A stretch of DNA of 63,112 nucleotides from Octopus bimaculoides (taxonomy: Eukaryota), in contig NC_068981.1 in the NCBI RefSeq assembly GCF_001194135.2, positions 84,067,932 to 84,131,043 of the forward strand, given 5' to 3'. The notes under the pieces are model-generated. The model was not told the origin of the DNA, did not search any database, and worked only from the letters and a program-made list of their open reading frames with translations. The first letter of the stretch is position 1, and the number at the start of each line of letters is the position of its first letter. The position numbers were made by a program, and so were the translations under genes. Shown one piece after another: positions 26,823 to 38,898 of the stretch.

Positions 26823-27449
26823 TTGTGTTTGTGTGTGTGTGTGTGTGCGTGTGTGTGTAGAAGTTTGAAAAGGAACACGCGAGTTGATATGTATAAGGAA
26901 AATAAGACATGGTAGAAAATACTAAAATAATTTTATAATGAAGAACATTTTAGTACCAGTTTCAGTCTTTACGACTTTTTCAACGTAGAGTAAAGCATGA
27001 AAAACAATTAAATTGTGGAAAAATTAAGTGAAATGTTTTTTTAAAATATTTCCATAGTTTTCATATGCAAGGGACATTTTCTGTTTTTTCTGTCTGTCTC
27101 TGTCTTACTTTTTTACTCATGTAAGGTCTTGGTAATACGTAGCAGGTAGAAGTAGTAGTCCNNNNNNNNNNNNNNNNNNNNNNNNNNNNNNNNNNNNNNN
27201 NNNNNNNNNNNNNNNNNNNNNNNNNNNNNNNNNNNNNNNNNNNNNNNNNNNNNNNNNNNNNNNNNNNNNNNNNNNNNNNNNNNNNNNNNNNNNNNNNNNN
27301 NNNNNNNNNNNNNNNNNNNNNNNNNNNNNNNNNNNNNNNNNNNNNNNNNNNNNNNNNNNNNNNNNNNNNNNNNNNNNNNNNNNNNNNNNNNNNNNNNNNN
27401 NNNNNNNNNNNNNNNNNNNGAAGAAGAAGAAGAAGAAGAATGCGGGAAT

Positions 27450-27856
27450 GGTATGACAGTAGTAGGATGCTGGTGGAATACTCTTAAAAAGTCAAGTGAC
27501 CAAAAATTGACCCGTTGTGGTTGTAATAGTAGCGATGGGATTGTTCTGAATAAATTCATGGGTAGTGATTGTTCTGAATATATCATTTTTAATATTTGCA
27601 TGGGTAGTATTCTAAGGTGGTCACATTCAAAAGGGGTTTATAATTTGTGATAAAATATGACTCTTTACTAATGCGCTGACAACAGGTTGCATCGTCCCTG
27701 AATTTATAGAGGAGAAAAATTCTGAAGCTGGGTTGTTTGGTATTGGCGCAAATGTCGATGTGTTCGCTGAATACTATTTTTCTGTATTCCTGAATTTTAA
27801 TCTGGGATTTATGTAGAGCTATCCTTTGGCGTAGACTGTTTTGGCTTGGCTTGTGT
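27450..27856 (-). mobile_element. Inverted 3' fragment (GIY-YIG C-terminus plus 3'UTR) of the adjacent PLE family
   Basis: Minus strand translates to SLRQRIALHKSQIKIQEYRKIVFSEHIDICANTKQPSFRIFLLYKFRDDATCCQRISKESYFITNYKPLLN. It aligns by eye to 29550-29830. Confidence 0.85.
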
Positions 27857-27879
27857 ATTGCTCTCGATACTCAGAGCAA

Positions 27880-30125
27880 GTTAATACATATATTAGGTTC
27901 TCCGACGCACAAGCCAAACTTCAGCAAAAAAGAATGGGTTGAGCGGAACAAATTAAAAGATGATAAAACAATAACAATCAAAGACGTTGATAAATGGAGT
28001 GCAGTTGTCTTAACGGACACGGTATACTATATAACTCTAGTACAATCTATATTAGAAGACACAACATATTATGAAAAGTTCCAACACTACAGTCAGCAGA
28101 AAATAATGAAAAACCTAAAATCCATGTTAAACCTATACAGAAAATGGCTCACCGACATCGTATTCCTATACGATTATATGACCAATTTTAAAAGTAAATC
28201 CAGTCAATTCTACGGTATTCCTAACATTCACAAAAGTGAGAAAATAAGTAATGCATGCAGGATAGTCACAGACATAGTAATTAAGGTCTCTACTCTTAAT
28301 GACCTTAAATTGAGACCTATAATAGTAGGTCCCGCATGCGAACCCACCGCCTCAGTAACTTTTTTGATACCCTCTTAAAACCATTCCTCAAGCATATCAA
28401 AGGCTCCATAACGGACGACTATATATGCTCAATCACTTCCCTAAAACAATAAACAAAAGCAGTCAACCTCTATCCTAATATCCCCCACAGCCTAGGAATA
28501 GAGGCAATTCAATTCTGGCAAAAGAATTACTCCAACGAACTCCCACATCGCATCAAAATAGATTTCGTAATAGAAGGGCTAAAGTTCATCTTGGAGAATA
28601 ACTACTTTGTCTTCAAAGACAACGTGTATCGACAAACATCGGGGACTGCGATGGGTACGAGAATGGCCGTCTCATTTGCAAACCTAGTCATGGAATATCT
28701 AGAAACCAATCTTTATCATAAGGTATTAGAAAAATACGGCAATCCATTCTCCCTCTACAAAGAAAATAACTGGAAGAGGTACCTGAATACTGTTTCATTC
28801 TTTGGCATGAAAGTATAGAGAGACTTAAAGAATTTCGAGCACTTATAAATGGACTTGACGTAAACATTTAATTTACGATGGCCATCAGCAACTTCCATTC
28901 CTCGACATTCTCATTAAGAAATCTAACAACCCAATAGAAACGGATATATGTTATAAGCCCACGGACTCCAAGCAATATCTGCCATTCAACTCATGCCATC
29001 CCAGACACACTAGAATGATTATCCCATTCAACCTAGCAAAAAGGATTTGTACTATAGTTTCTAATACAAGCACCAGGGACAAACAACTATATGAACTAAA
29101 GGATACACTCAGTAACAGGAACTACCCGCCATCATTAATTGATATAGGCTTTCAACGTGTCCTACAACTCAACAACCACGAACTCAGGTATCCCAAATTA
29201 AAGAAGGATTTACATCCGAAAGCCCTACCGTACATCTCGACACACAACCCTCTTAATAATGAACCCTTCGACACCATCCTCCAGAATATTCCTCTACTAA
29301 AAAGGAACCACAGAATGAATTTAATCCTCCAAACGCGCACCATCATAAAGAGCAAAAGACAACCCAAATCTCTGAAAAGTCTCCTAACACAAGCCCAAGT
29401 ACGCACGACACCACTGAAGCCGTCAGTAAAAAAATGCAGTCCATTTAAAAGTGCTTGAAATTTATAAGTGCCTCTATACTTTCATGCCAAAGAATGAAAC
29501 AGTCATCCAGGTATCTCTTCCAGTTATTCTCTATGTATAGGGAGAATGGGCTGCTGCAAATCCCAGATCAAAATTCCGAAAACCAGAAAAATAGCATTCA
29601 GCCAACACATCGATATTTGCGCCAATAACAAAAATCCAAGTTCCAGAATTTTTCCTCTGTACCAATTCAGAGACGATACAACCTGCAGCCAAAGAATTAG
29701 TAAAGCGTCTCTCTTTATCACAAAATACAGACCCCTTCTGAACGCATCTACTACAAATGACATATCCAACACGACCTTAGAATAACACACACGCAAATAT
29801 TAAAAATGATAAACTTCAAAGAGATACACAAGGAAATATTAAAAAATTAAAAAATATAAAAGAACAACCCCAATCACTGCTCACTCGACTAGTTACTATC
29901 ACACTATCCCGCATATTATATACATGCCATGTTGGACCGCTGAACTCTACACTTTTTTTCTCAGTTTTATTTTTTCAATCTTTTCCCTCTTATTCCTTTC
30001 TTTCGGTGAGCGTAGGCTCGAAGCGTAAAAGACTTTTCCATTTCTCCCGAGCGTCAAACTAATATACCGGCTTGTTTTTCCTCTACCTGTCTTCGTCATT
30101 TGTTTTTCTGTAAATTTGAATCATA
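27880..30125 (+). mobile_element. 5'-truncated, frameshifted Penelope-like retroelement (RT + GIY-YIG + tail)
   Basis: RT blocks DKWSAVVLTD, FYGIPNIHK..LRPII, NYFVFKDNVYRQTSGTAMGTRMAVSFANLVM, a frameshifted RYL(DD) near 28780, IPFNLAKRICTI..RNYP. GIY-YIG remnants at 29530-29740, then a pyrimidine-rich tail. Confidence 0.9.
29993..30032 (+). ncRNA. Decayed hammerhead-like motif in the PLE tail
   Basis: GAGC-GTAG-GCTC hairpin (30008-19), then GAAG, CGT, A, AAAGA, with TTCCTTT upstream. The CUGANGA box is not intact. Confidence 0.4.
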
Positions 30126-30884
30126 TGTATGTGTGTATGTGTGTATGCATACATAATCATATATACATACATGAACAGAATGAATACATACAACAAATGT
30201 ATGTATGATGTTGTGTATGTATCTAGATGTTTATGTATGAATAAATATTTTAATGTCTATATATTCCTATACGCTTTAACTGAGCGTTTTTTTTTACGAG
30301 TTTGTTAATATAAATATTCGTTGGGCCGTACGTTATGTTTCGTCCTTCACCATATAATAGCACATAATGAAATATTACATATTCATTTTAGAAGCATATG
30401 AATAGAATAATTAATTAGCTATTCATTGTATTACAAAAGAAAAATTCATACAAAAGGAGGAAAATATAAAATAATTGATTTTGTGTGATTGATCGATACA
30501 ACCGTCGAAATAATTTAGTCAATGTTGGCATCTCCAGACGATGTTTATTTTCTCTTTTTACTGTAAGCTAGCGTCGAATGTTATCTCTAATCATATGATA
30601 CGCCAGTAGTCTAACATTTTAGTATTGAATTAACAGATAATCAACAATAAATAATATTTGGCAGCGTTTTATGATTATGACTTCTTTAATTCTAATGAAA
30701 ACACGTTTATCTTAATATTTAATATTACGTGTTATGTTATCAGATTTTGAGTGCTGATGTTCACTAGCAGTATCTGCGGAAAACCAGCGGTTTTCCTGGA
30801 GACTATAACATTGGTGTACGGTTATTGGGAGACATGAAATACATAATATCTTTTGACAAGGTATCTTTTCTAAGGCGTCTATTA

Positions 30885-31116
30885 ATTGAGAAATTATTTC
30901 ACGTTGCTCCAGTCCACTCAGCTGGCAAAAATGAGCAGTACCTGTGTTTCAAAGGGCCGGCCTTATCACGCTGTGTCACGCTGAGTCTCCCTGAGAACTA
31001 CGTTGGGGTTACACGTGTCTGTGGATTACTCAGCCATTTGCACGTTAATTTCACGAGCAAGCTGTTCCGTTGATCTAATCAGCTGGGACCCTCGTCGTCG
31101 TAACCGACGGAGTGCT
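30885..31116 (+). mobile_element. 5'-truncated SINE with CORE-like segment and the family B tail
   Basis: ATTTCACGTTGCTCCAGTCCACTCAGCTGGCAAAAATGAG is followed by a tail matching 33350-33525. Confidence 0.75.
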
Positions 31117-31329
31117 CCTGTTAATTGAGAAGATGTAAATTTAGAAAGATACTGAAGGTGAAGTTTTAAATCGGACATCCTTGAAAACTATACTTTTTCT
31201 TATACACCTGTCACATCTTTCACCTTACGATTTGTAATTTATTATCATAAATCTTTACGTCATAAATCTTCAAGTCATAAAATAACGGTGTAAAATCGAA
31301 AGCAAAAGCTATCCCTAATATTCACTTCA

Positions 31330-31525
31330 GATTTTGGTACAAAGCAAACAATTTTGGATGAGGAGGTAAATCGATTACATCGACCTCAGTGTTTAACTTT
31401 TTTCAACCCTGAAAGAATCAAATGTAAAGTCGACTTGCGAGGAATTTGAACTTACGCCATAAAGTCGGACGAAATGCCGCTAAACATTTTGCTCGGCGCT
31501 CAATCGATTCTGTCAGCTCACCGCT
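31330..31525 (-). mobile_element. SINE family C fragment
   Basis: Plus strand AAAGTCGACTTGCGAGGAATTTGAACTTACG..GACGAAATGCCGCTAAACATTTTGC is the reverse complement of the family C head. Confidence 0.7.
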
Positions 31526-32006
31526 TTAAAACTATCATTAATATTACTTTAGTAGGGAGCGTGTTACTCTGGGCAAAAAGGATGGTACTAATTCTGTCGG
31601 TAGGTTTTGCCGAACTGCTAGGTCACGGGACAACACAACATCAATTGTCTACGTATATGTATATGTGTGTGTATGTATGCATGTGTGTGTGCGCGCACCC
31701 GCGTATGTATGTATGGATGGATGGATATATACATGGGACGTGCTTAGTAGAAAACACTTGCCCAATATGCCATACAGCCGCATCTGCACCTATGTACAAG
31801 CCTATAAGTACACACACATTTGTGCCTGTATATGTATATATACAAACATGAGCACACACGCACACACACGCACGCACACACACACACACATACAAACACA
31901 CACATACAAACACACACATATGTGTTAAACATGTTGCAGTAAAATTATAGGTGTGGTTCAATTTTTCGTTGTTACAGATTTCTCCATAATTGCGTTTATA
32001 TATGTA

Positions 32007-32243
32007 TAAAAGGCTGGCAAAAATTCACGTGACACTAAATCGAAACCATTTCATCTCACGATTTATTCATGTTTAACAACTGAATGAATTTAATAAAAGC
32101 ATCTAAATATGAAGCATCATGAAAATTGTTCAAACTGAAGTCCTTTTTGAGCGACACATTTTTCCATTCGCGTCAATACAGAATTACAAATAATATTTAT
32201 GGAGTTTTCATTTACTGTCGGCTGACTTTTGACCAGCCCTGTA
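32007..32243. mobile_element. Tc1/mariner-type MITE (about 240 bp)
   Basis: Left TAAAAGGCTGGCAAAAATTCACGTGACA; right-end reverse complement TACAGGGCTGGTCAAAAGTCAGCCGACA; TA flanks. Confidence 0.65.
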
Positions 32244-32249
32244 TATCTG

Positions 32250-32410
32250 TGTGTGTGTGTGTGTAAGTACATGCCATTTTTGCTAGCTAGAGCAACTTTA
32301 AATGAAGTATTTTGCTCATGAATTCAACGCAGCCCCCGGTCCAGGAATCGAAACCACAATTTTTACCATCATGATTTCGACACCCTTATTACTAAGCCAC
32401 GCATCTCCAC
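32250..32410 (-). mobile_element. tRNA-derived SINE head with CORE-like segment
   Basis: Minus strand GTGGAGATGCGTGGCTTAGT..GGTTTCGATTCCTGGACCGG..GAGCAAAATACTTCATTT. Confidence 0.65.
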
Positions 32411-33147
32411 TGCTTGATGTAATACAATTTAGATATATATTAAGATCTGTGCAATTTAATTTATAATACTCCGTTTTAAGATAGAACTTTTACTCAAAAA
32501 TCGTTATTAATTGCCTTCGTGCTGATAAATTTAATTAATTTCCACAAAGTCTAGATATGAATCTTTCCTCTCTTTGTCAGAAGCAATTTAAAAATTTTAT
32601 TTGGTTGTCTTGCTAGTGTGATATGATACATTTTCAGTAAAGTTTCTTAAGTCTATTTCCGTCTGAAGAGACTGAATCTCAATCTCAACTGACTACAATC
32701 TCTGAAGCACTGAATCCCGATAGTTTGAAATAAAGAACACATGCGTATGAAAATATATGGATAGTTAAAGTACACGTATACGTACAGACAGGTCGAACTT
32801 AAGTTGAAAGGTACATGACAATATCTCTTGTACACTTAATACTAAGGCTTCATCCCTGGATGATTTATTCGGATATCACCACACGTATGAAAAAATAAAA
32901 TAAGTATAAAGTAAGAGAATATCTAAAGTCCTGATAACAACCAAGTTAAATGAAGCCAGAATGTGTGTTTAATTAGGACGGTCATTATATGAAATTTGTA
33001 TAAAACTGGTATTAGCTTTACCATTTCTCTGCATTCGATGGAAAATTAACATTAAAATATCTATATTTAGATGAATGCAAGTCAGTCCCACTAAAACACA
33101 CCCATAACCTATTGTTTGGCCTTTTTAATGAAAATAGTGTATCTGTC

Positions 33148-33531
33148 GTGGAGGCGCAATGGCCCAGTGGTTAGGGCAGCGGACTCGCGGTCGTAGGATC
33201 GCGGTTTCGATTCCCAGACCGGACGTTGTAAGTATTTATTGAGCGAAAACACCTAAAGCTCCACGAGGCTCCGGCAGGGGATGGTGGCGAACCCTGCTGT
33301 ACTCTTCCACTACAACTTTCTCTCACTCTTACTTCCTGTTTCTGTTGTGCCTGTAATTCAAAGGGTCAGCCTTGTCACACTGTGTCGCGCTGAATCACTC
33401 CGAGAACTACGTTAAGGGTACACGTGTCTGTGGAGTGCTCAGCCACTTGCACGTTAATATCACGAGCAGGCTGTTCCGTTGATAGGATCAACTGGAACCC
33501 TGGACGTCGTAAGCGACGGAGTGCCAACAAC
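33148..33531 (+). mobile_element. tRNA-derived SINE, family B, full length
   Basis: Head GGCGCAATGGCCCAGTGGTTAGGGCAGCGGACTCGCGGTCGTAGGATCGCGGTTTCGATTCCC with clear A and B boxes; tail ends GACGGAGTGCCAACAAC. Confidence 0.9.
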
Positions 33532-34412
33532 ACCAAGTGTATCTGTTATCTTGGACGAAAATATACAGTCTTTGTTAGTAGTAGGGTTCTATTGTTGTTG
33601 TTATTGTTGTTATTGTTAATGTTGTTGTTTAGTTCCACCTTCACCATGTTCGAAAAGTCTTATCATCAAAGTTATTGCGGATGTGGCCATCCCGTCATTT
33701 TATATAATCTTCAATATGTTGTCTGTGACATTCCCATCTAAGGTTAAAATATAGCTTAACTAGCATTATATTAACCTTTCTTAAGATGGCAATATGTAAT
33801 TTGAGGAATGTTTTATTGAGATCTCAATCAAATCAAATGGAACCGGGAAGGCTTCCTCGCTGACTTATGAGAATTGTTCGTTGATGTCTGATATGTATAT
33901 AACGTTTAACATTGGTTATAAATGGTATGTTTACTGGCAGCCATGTTCACTATATAAAAGTCCAGAATTTCAATTGTATTCGATTTGAAGAGGCCAATTC
34001 AACATAATCAAGCGAAAAGTGTTATAGCCATTTCACTGTGCGAGATATAGTAGGTATAATGGTTTGTATGAATTAGAAAATATAATTAGATTAACTGAAC
34101 CAGAGAATAAACTGCTTTACAAGAATCAGGGCAGTGCGGTATTTTACAAAAGTGTTAATTGCGCTTTGAGACAAACCGTAAAAAGTAAACATATTTTACG
34201 TAGCTAGTCAACGAAGACGCCTCGATTTGCGAAATAAAATAATCGAATGTACCTCAAAGCATAACCTACTGACTTACATGAAATATAATTCACTGACAAA
34301 AGTGGTTTCTGATATATAAAATGAGAGATGATGAGTCACAAGAGACTACACAAAAACAAGAACAACTATATTTTGCGATATTTTATGATAAAATTTCTGT
34401 AAGAGATTAGTA

Positions 34413-34825
34413 CAGTAACTGTACTAGCAAGTAATGGTTGTCGCCACTTCAACATAGCTGTTCCGTTCGAACGAACTTTACTGCATTTTTTTTTAACTCC
34501 AAGCGGACATTTTCTCTAGCTGGTTAACAATGTAACCTACATCCGATATATTGCGAAGGGAAGCGAGCTACAGCCATTTCTATCAGACGAGGTGTCCAGC
34601 AGTGAGGAAAGGCCGAAATTGCACGAAACCAGGCCTGTCTGCTGGTCCCCTCACTAGATGGTGGTAAGGATTCGCTCCCATGCTCGCAATATATCGGATG
34701 CAGGTTGCATCGTTAACCAATTAGAGGCAATGTCCTCTTGGAGATAAAAAAGCGCAGTAACATCCGTTCGAAAGGAACAGTCATGCTGAAGCGGAGACAA
34801 ACATTACTTGCCAGCACAGTTACTG
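34413..34825. mobile_element. 413-bp foldback/MITE-like element
   Basis: Arms 34413-34556 and 34684-34825 are diverged reverse complements, including CATCCGATATATTGCGA / TCGCAATATATCGGATG. The centre also pairs (CCAGCAG/CTGCTGG, AGGCC/GGCCT). Confidence 0.85.
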
Positions 34826-35760
34826 CGTCCATCTCTTACAGAGATTTTATTGCTAGCTTCTTTGCTTGTTATACATTTTTTTTTTTTTCCTGAAATTTTA
34901 TAAGGTTTGTTACCTTTATTAATGCATTAAGAACATCTAGAAGAAATGTATAAGACACACCTAAAGAATATATAAAATATTATAGCTTCACACGTGTCGA
35001 GTTTATAGTTTTTCTCTCCTAATCCTAAACTATTTCTAGTCATGTTAAATTACTAACTTCAAGTATTATACTACAACTGCAAGTAACTCAATGTTTTATA
35101 TTTCTTTTATAGTAAAATAGCAAAACAAGACAAGAAGAAACTACAAACCTCACATATGGTTCTAACTAGAAGAAAGGCTTATGTTTCAAATAATGGATAT
35201 ACTTGAACTGTTTAGTATTGAAAGAAGGTCTTATTGGTTTACGTAGACAGACATGTATGTCATTTATATTTCAATGTTAGGCAAAAATCGTGTGTCGTTA
35301 ATACAATCAAATGTACAACATTCGGCAACAGCACATTTATGTGATGTGTATATGTGCGTTTGTATGTATGTATGTAAGTATATATTTATGTATGTATGTA
35401 TGCATGTATGTATATGTGTGTTTCCATGCATATGCATATATACGTATATAGGTGTATATATGTGTGTGTGTTTGCGTGTGTATACACATACATATATATA
35501 TATAAATGTGTATGTACTTATTCATACATATATATATCAACATATATGTATTATGTTATGCACACACATACACACATATGTATATAATACGTGTATATAT
35601 ATACATATATATATATATATAAATGTGTATGTACTTATACATACACAAATATATCAACACATATGTATTATGGTATACACACACATACACACACATGTAT
35701 ATACATACGTCTATATATATATATATACATCATATATGTATTACACACACACACATATAT

Positions 35761-35848
35761 ATAAGTACCAAGCTTAAGAAAAATATGAATTGGCGGTGCC
35801 CCAGCATGGCTGCTGTCCAATAACTGAAACAAGTAAAAGATTAAAAGA
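35761..35848 (+). mobile_element. SINE family A 3' fragment
   Basis: GGCGGTGCCCCAGCATGGCTGCTGTCCAATAACTGAAACAAGTAAAAGATTAAAAGA. Confidence 0.75.
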
Positions 35849-36252
35849 TATGCATGTATATGTACGCGCTTTAGTATTTGTGTGCGTATGTGCGTATGTG
35901 CGTATGCGAGCGAGCGTGTGTTTGCATGTGTATGCGTTGCGTAGAAAGGCCTCTAAACCCGTTCGGTAAAAAGAATGTGTTGCAATTTTCTTTATAAACA
36001 GTTTCAAATTTTACGGAAAAAGAAAAGAATAAAAGCTGAAATACTCAGGTTTTGAAGTCGGAGAGCTTTAGCTTATCAATGAAATCAGAGAATAAGTCAA
36101 CTACAAATCAAACTAAATGAAATTTGTCGTGAGAAAAGATTTTTCGGAAGGGTTTTTAACTACTTAACCAATTATGGCGTTCCAGATGTAAATTAAATAT
36201 AATTTTTAAAATTAAGCAAAGACAGAAAAAAAAGAATATTTTATATTTTTAT

Positions 36253-36644
36253 AGGCGCAGGAGAGGCTGTGTAGTAAGAAGCTTCCTTCCCAACCACACG
36301 GTTTCGGGTTCAGTCCCACTACGTGGCCCCTTGCAAAAGTGTCTTCTACTATAGCCTCGGGTCGACCAAAGCCTTGTGGGTGGATTTTGTAGACGGAAAC
36401 CGAAAGAAGCCCGTCGCTTATATATATATACATGTACATATTTGTATATGCGTCTGTGTTTGTCCCCCTCACCATCGCTTGACAACTGATGTTGGTGTGT
36501 TTACGTCCCCGTAACTAGCGGTTCGGTAAAAGAGGCCGATAGAATAAGTACTAGGCTTACAAAGTCCTGGCGTCGCTTTGTTCGACTAAAGGTACTCCAG
36601 CATGGCTGCAGTCAAATGACGGATGCAAGGAAAAGAATAAAAGA
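36253..36644 (+). mobile_element. SINE family A, near full length
   Basis: AGGCGCAGGAGAGGCTGTGTAGTAAG..TTTCGGGTTCAGTCCC..(TA)n..CAGTCAAATGAC..AAAAGAATAAAAGA. Confidence 0.9.
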
Positions 36645-36819
36645 ATTTAATTATTATTTCAGTAGTTAATAACTGACCCATTAACCAAACATATATTTTT
36701 CCACCCTGAAAGGCTCTGTATTACATACTGTCTCTCAGCTACTATATTGCGATACTCATTAAGGTATATATTTTTTTAATTCTGTTTAATTGAAATTGTT
36801 GCTATAAACTTTGTTTTTT

Positions 36820-37170
36820 TTTTGTCCGTGGACAAGATATCTCAAGAACCGCTGGATGGATTCGGATGAAACTCTCAGGGATCTTTGGTTGACTGACTGA
36901 CAGGAACTGATTAGATTTTGATCCGGCACCGAACAAGGATTCTGAATTACTTGTTATATTTACTTTACATGATTGCGATCTTACGTTAACTTTAAAGTAT
37001 TTCTCAGTTATCTCCCTTTAGGCTGAAACTTTGGCTTGTAATTAGATAAGGATAAACTATTTATTACTGTTACTAAATTTTCTACAGCTACCTTCAAATT
37101 CCATGCTACCATTGGTATCGATCAGGTACCACGCAAGGATTCTAGATTATTTTTCCGTCGTGTTTTACTT
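36820..37170 (+). mobile_element. Possible Helitron/Helentron-associated non-autonomous (HINE/DINE-1-like) fragment
   Basis: GTCCGTGGACAAGATATCTCAAGAACCGCTGGATGGATTCGGATGAAACTCTCAGGG resembles the HINE-type core as recalled; termini not identified. Confidence 0.4.
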
Positions 37171-38560
37171 AATTTTTGAGAGCGGTCGGATTCATTGTTA
37201 GTATTCTCGTTTCTGAGTGCAGTCGAGTTTATTTCAGATATTATCATTTAAAAATCATCTCTGTAATCGTTGAGAGGACGCTGGTGTTGCCTTGGCGGTG
37301 GTTTGAACTCTCTGAGTGCTCTTGTTTAACATACTTTTTTATTTCGTATGTGTATTTCGTGTGCAAGATTCTTGATGTGGATACGTGTGTTGAAAGAAAT
37401 ACAATTAAACCTTGGGAGAGGCATTATGCCGGTAATAAACACACGCACTGGTTCAGTCCTTTATTAATTTATATAGTTTTTTGTTAAATTATTTCATTGC
37501 ACTCTTGCAATCTCTTCAGTAACTTGTCTCTCCACTTCCATTTATTTTGAATATATGATCTGGCGTTGTTTTGGCGTTGTTTCGAAACTGTTTGGTATGA
37601 GCATGTGAGTGTGTGCAAGCTCGTATGTGTGCACGCNNNNNNNNNNNNNNNNNNNNNNNNNNNNNNNNNNNNNNNNNNNNNNNNNNNNNNNNNNNNNNNN
37701 NNNNNNNNNNNNNNNNNNNNNNNNNNNNNNNNNNNNNNNNNNNNNNNNNNNNNNNNNNNNNNNNNNNNNNNNNNNNNNNNNNNNNNNNNNNNNNNNNNNN
37801 NNNNNNNNNNNNNNNNNNNNNNNNNNNNNNNNNNNNNNNNNNNNNNNNNNNNNNNNNNNNNNNNNNNNNNNNNNNNNNNNNNNNNNNNNNNNNNNNNNNN
37901 NNNNNNNNNNNNNNNNNNNNNNNNNNNNNNNNNNNNNNNNNNNNNNNNNNNNNNNNNNNNNNNNNNNNNNNNNNNNNNNNNNNNNNNNNNNNNNNNNNNN
38001 NNNNNNNNNNNNNNNNNNNNNNNNNNNNNNNNNNNNNNNNNNNNNNNNNNNNNNNNNNNNNNNNNNNNNNNNNNNNNNNNNNNNNNNNNNNNNNNNNNNN
38101 NNNNNNNNNNNNNNNNNNNNNNNNNNNNNNNNNNNNNNNNNNNNNNNNNNNNNNNNNNNNNNNNNNNNNNNNNNNNNNNNNNNNNNNNNNGCCGTCTCAC
38201 CTGTGTATGTGGTGTTTCTGTTTTTACACTCACCATCCATACAGCTTATTTTGTAGACTACATTTCTGGCTTTGCAGTTGGCACCAGGACTATTTTTGCA
38301 CACAATGCAACTCTCCTCAACACACCTTGTTCTTCTGAAGGGATATGTTTTACATATTATTGATCTAATTGATCTCCCTGGTTTTTCTATAACATTTATC
38401 CTCAACTTGGTACTTTTGAGGATTTTTCGAAATCTGCGGGCCAGTTCTCCGTGTGGCGTGGCGTCCACAAACATTACTCCCTGGAACTTGTCGGTATTGT
38501 ACCACGTGGTCTTTTTGTTTGTTTTGTTACTAATCCTTTGTAGTCTATTCCACTGTTTGT
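37170..38560 (-). mobile_element. 3' part of a second PLE (Neptune-like) spanning a gap
   Basis: Minus ORF MFVDATPHGELARRF..CVEESCIVCKNSPGANCKARNVVYKISCMDGECKNRNTTYTGET (Cys-rich linker plus GIY-YIG start). The C-terminus resumes after gap 37637-38190. Confidence 0.8.
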
Positions 38561-38814
38561 TACGGTATCTTTTTTAATTTATTAAGTAATAGAACGCAAC
38601 GCACCCTGACTTCTAGTAGCAGTAAGTTGTGTGTGTGTGTGTTTGTGTGTGTGTCTGGGTGTGTGTGTTTGTGTCTCTCTACATACATATACGCACATAA
38701 TAATTTATTATTATTTTGAAATTATTAACGATACTTTAATAATCAATAATAATAATAATATTGACGACAAGAGCAACAACAACAATAACAACAACTATAA
38801 TAATAATAATAATA

Positions 38815-38898
<84 letters not shown>

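Noticed and set aside
33151-33222. tRNA-like sequence
   Set aside because: It continues into a SINE body and tail, and the acceptor stem does not close, so it is a SINE head and not a tRNA gene. The same applies to 50115-50172.
35490-35720. Roughly 120-bp tandem duplication
   Set aside because: It consists of compound AT/AC microsatellite; ordinary slippage.
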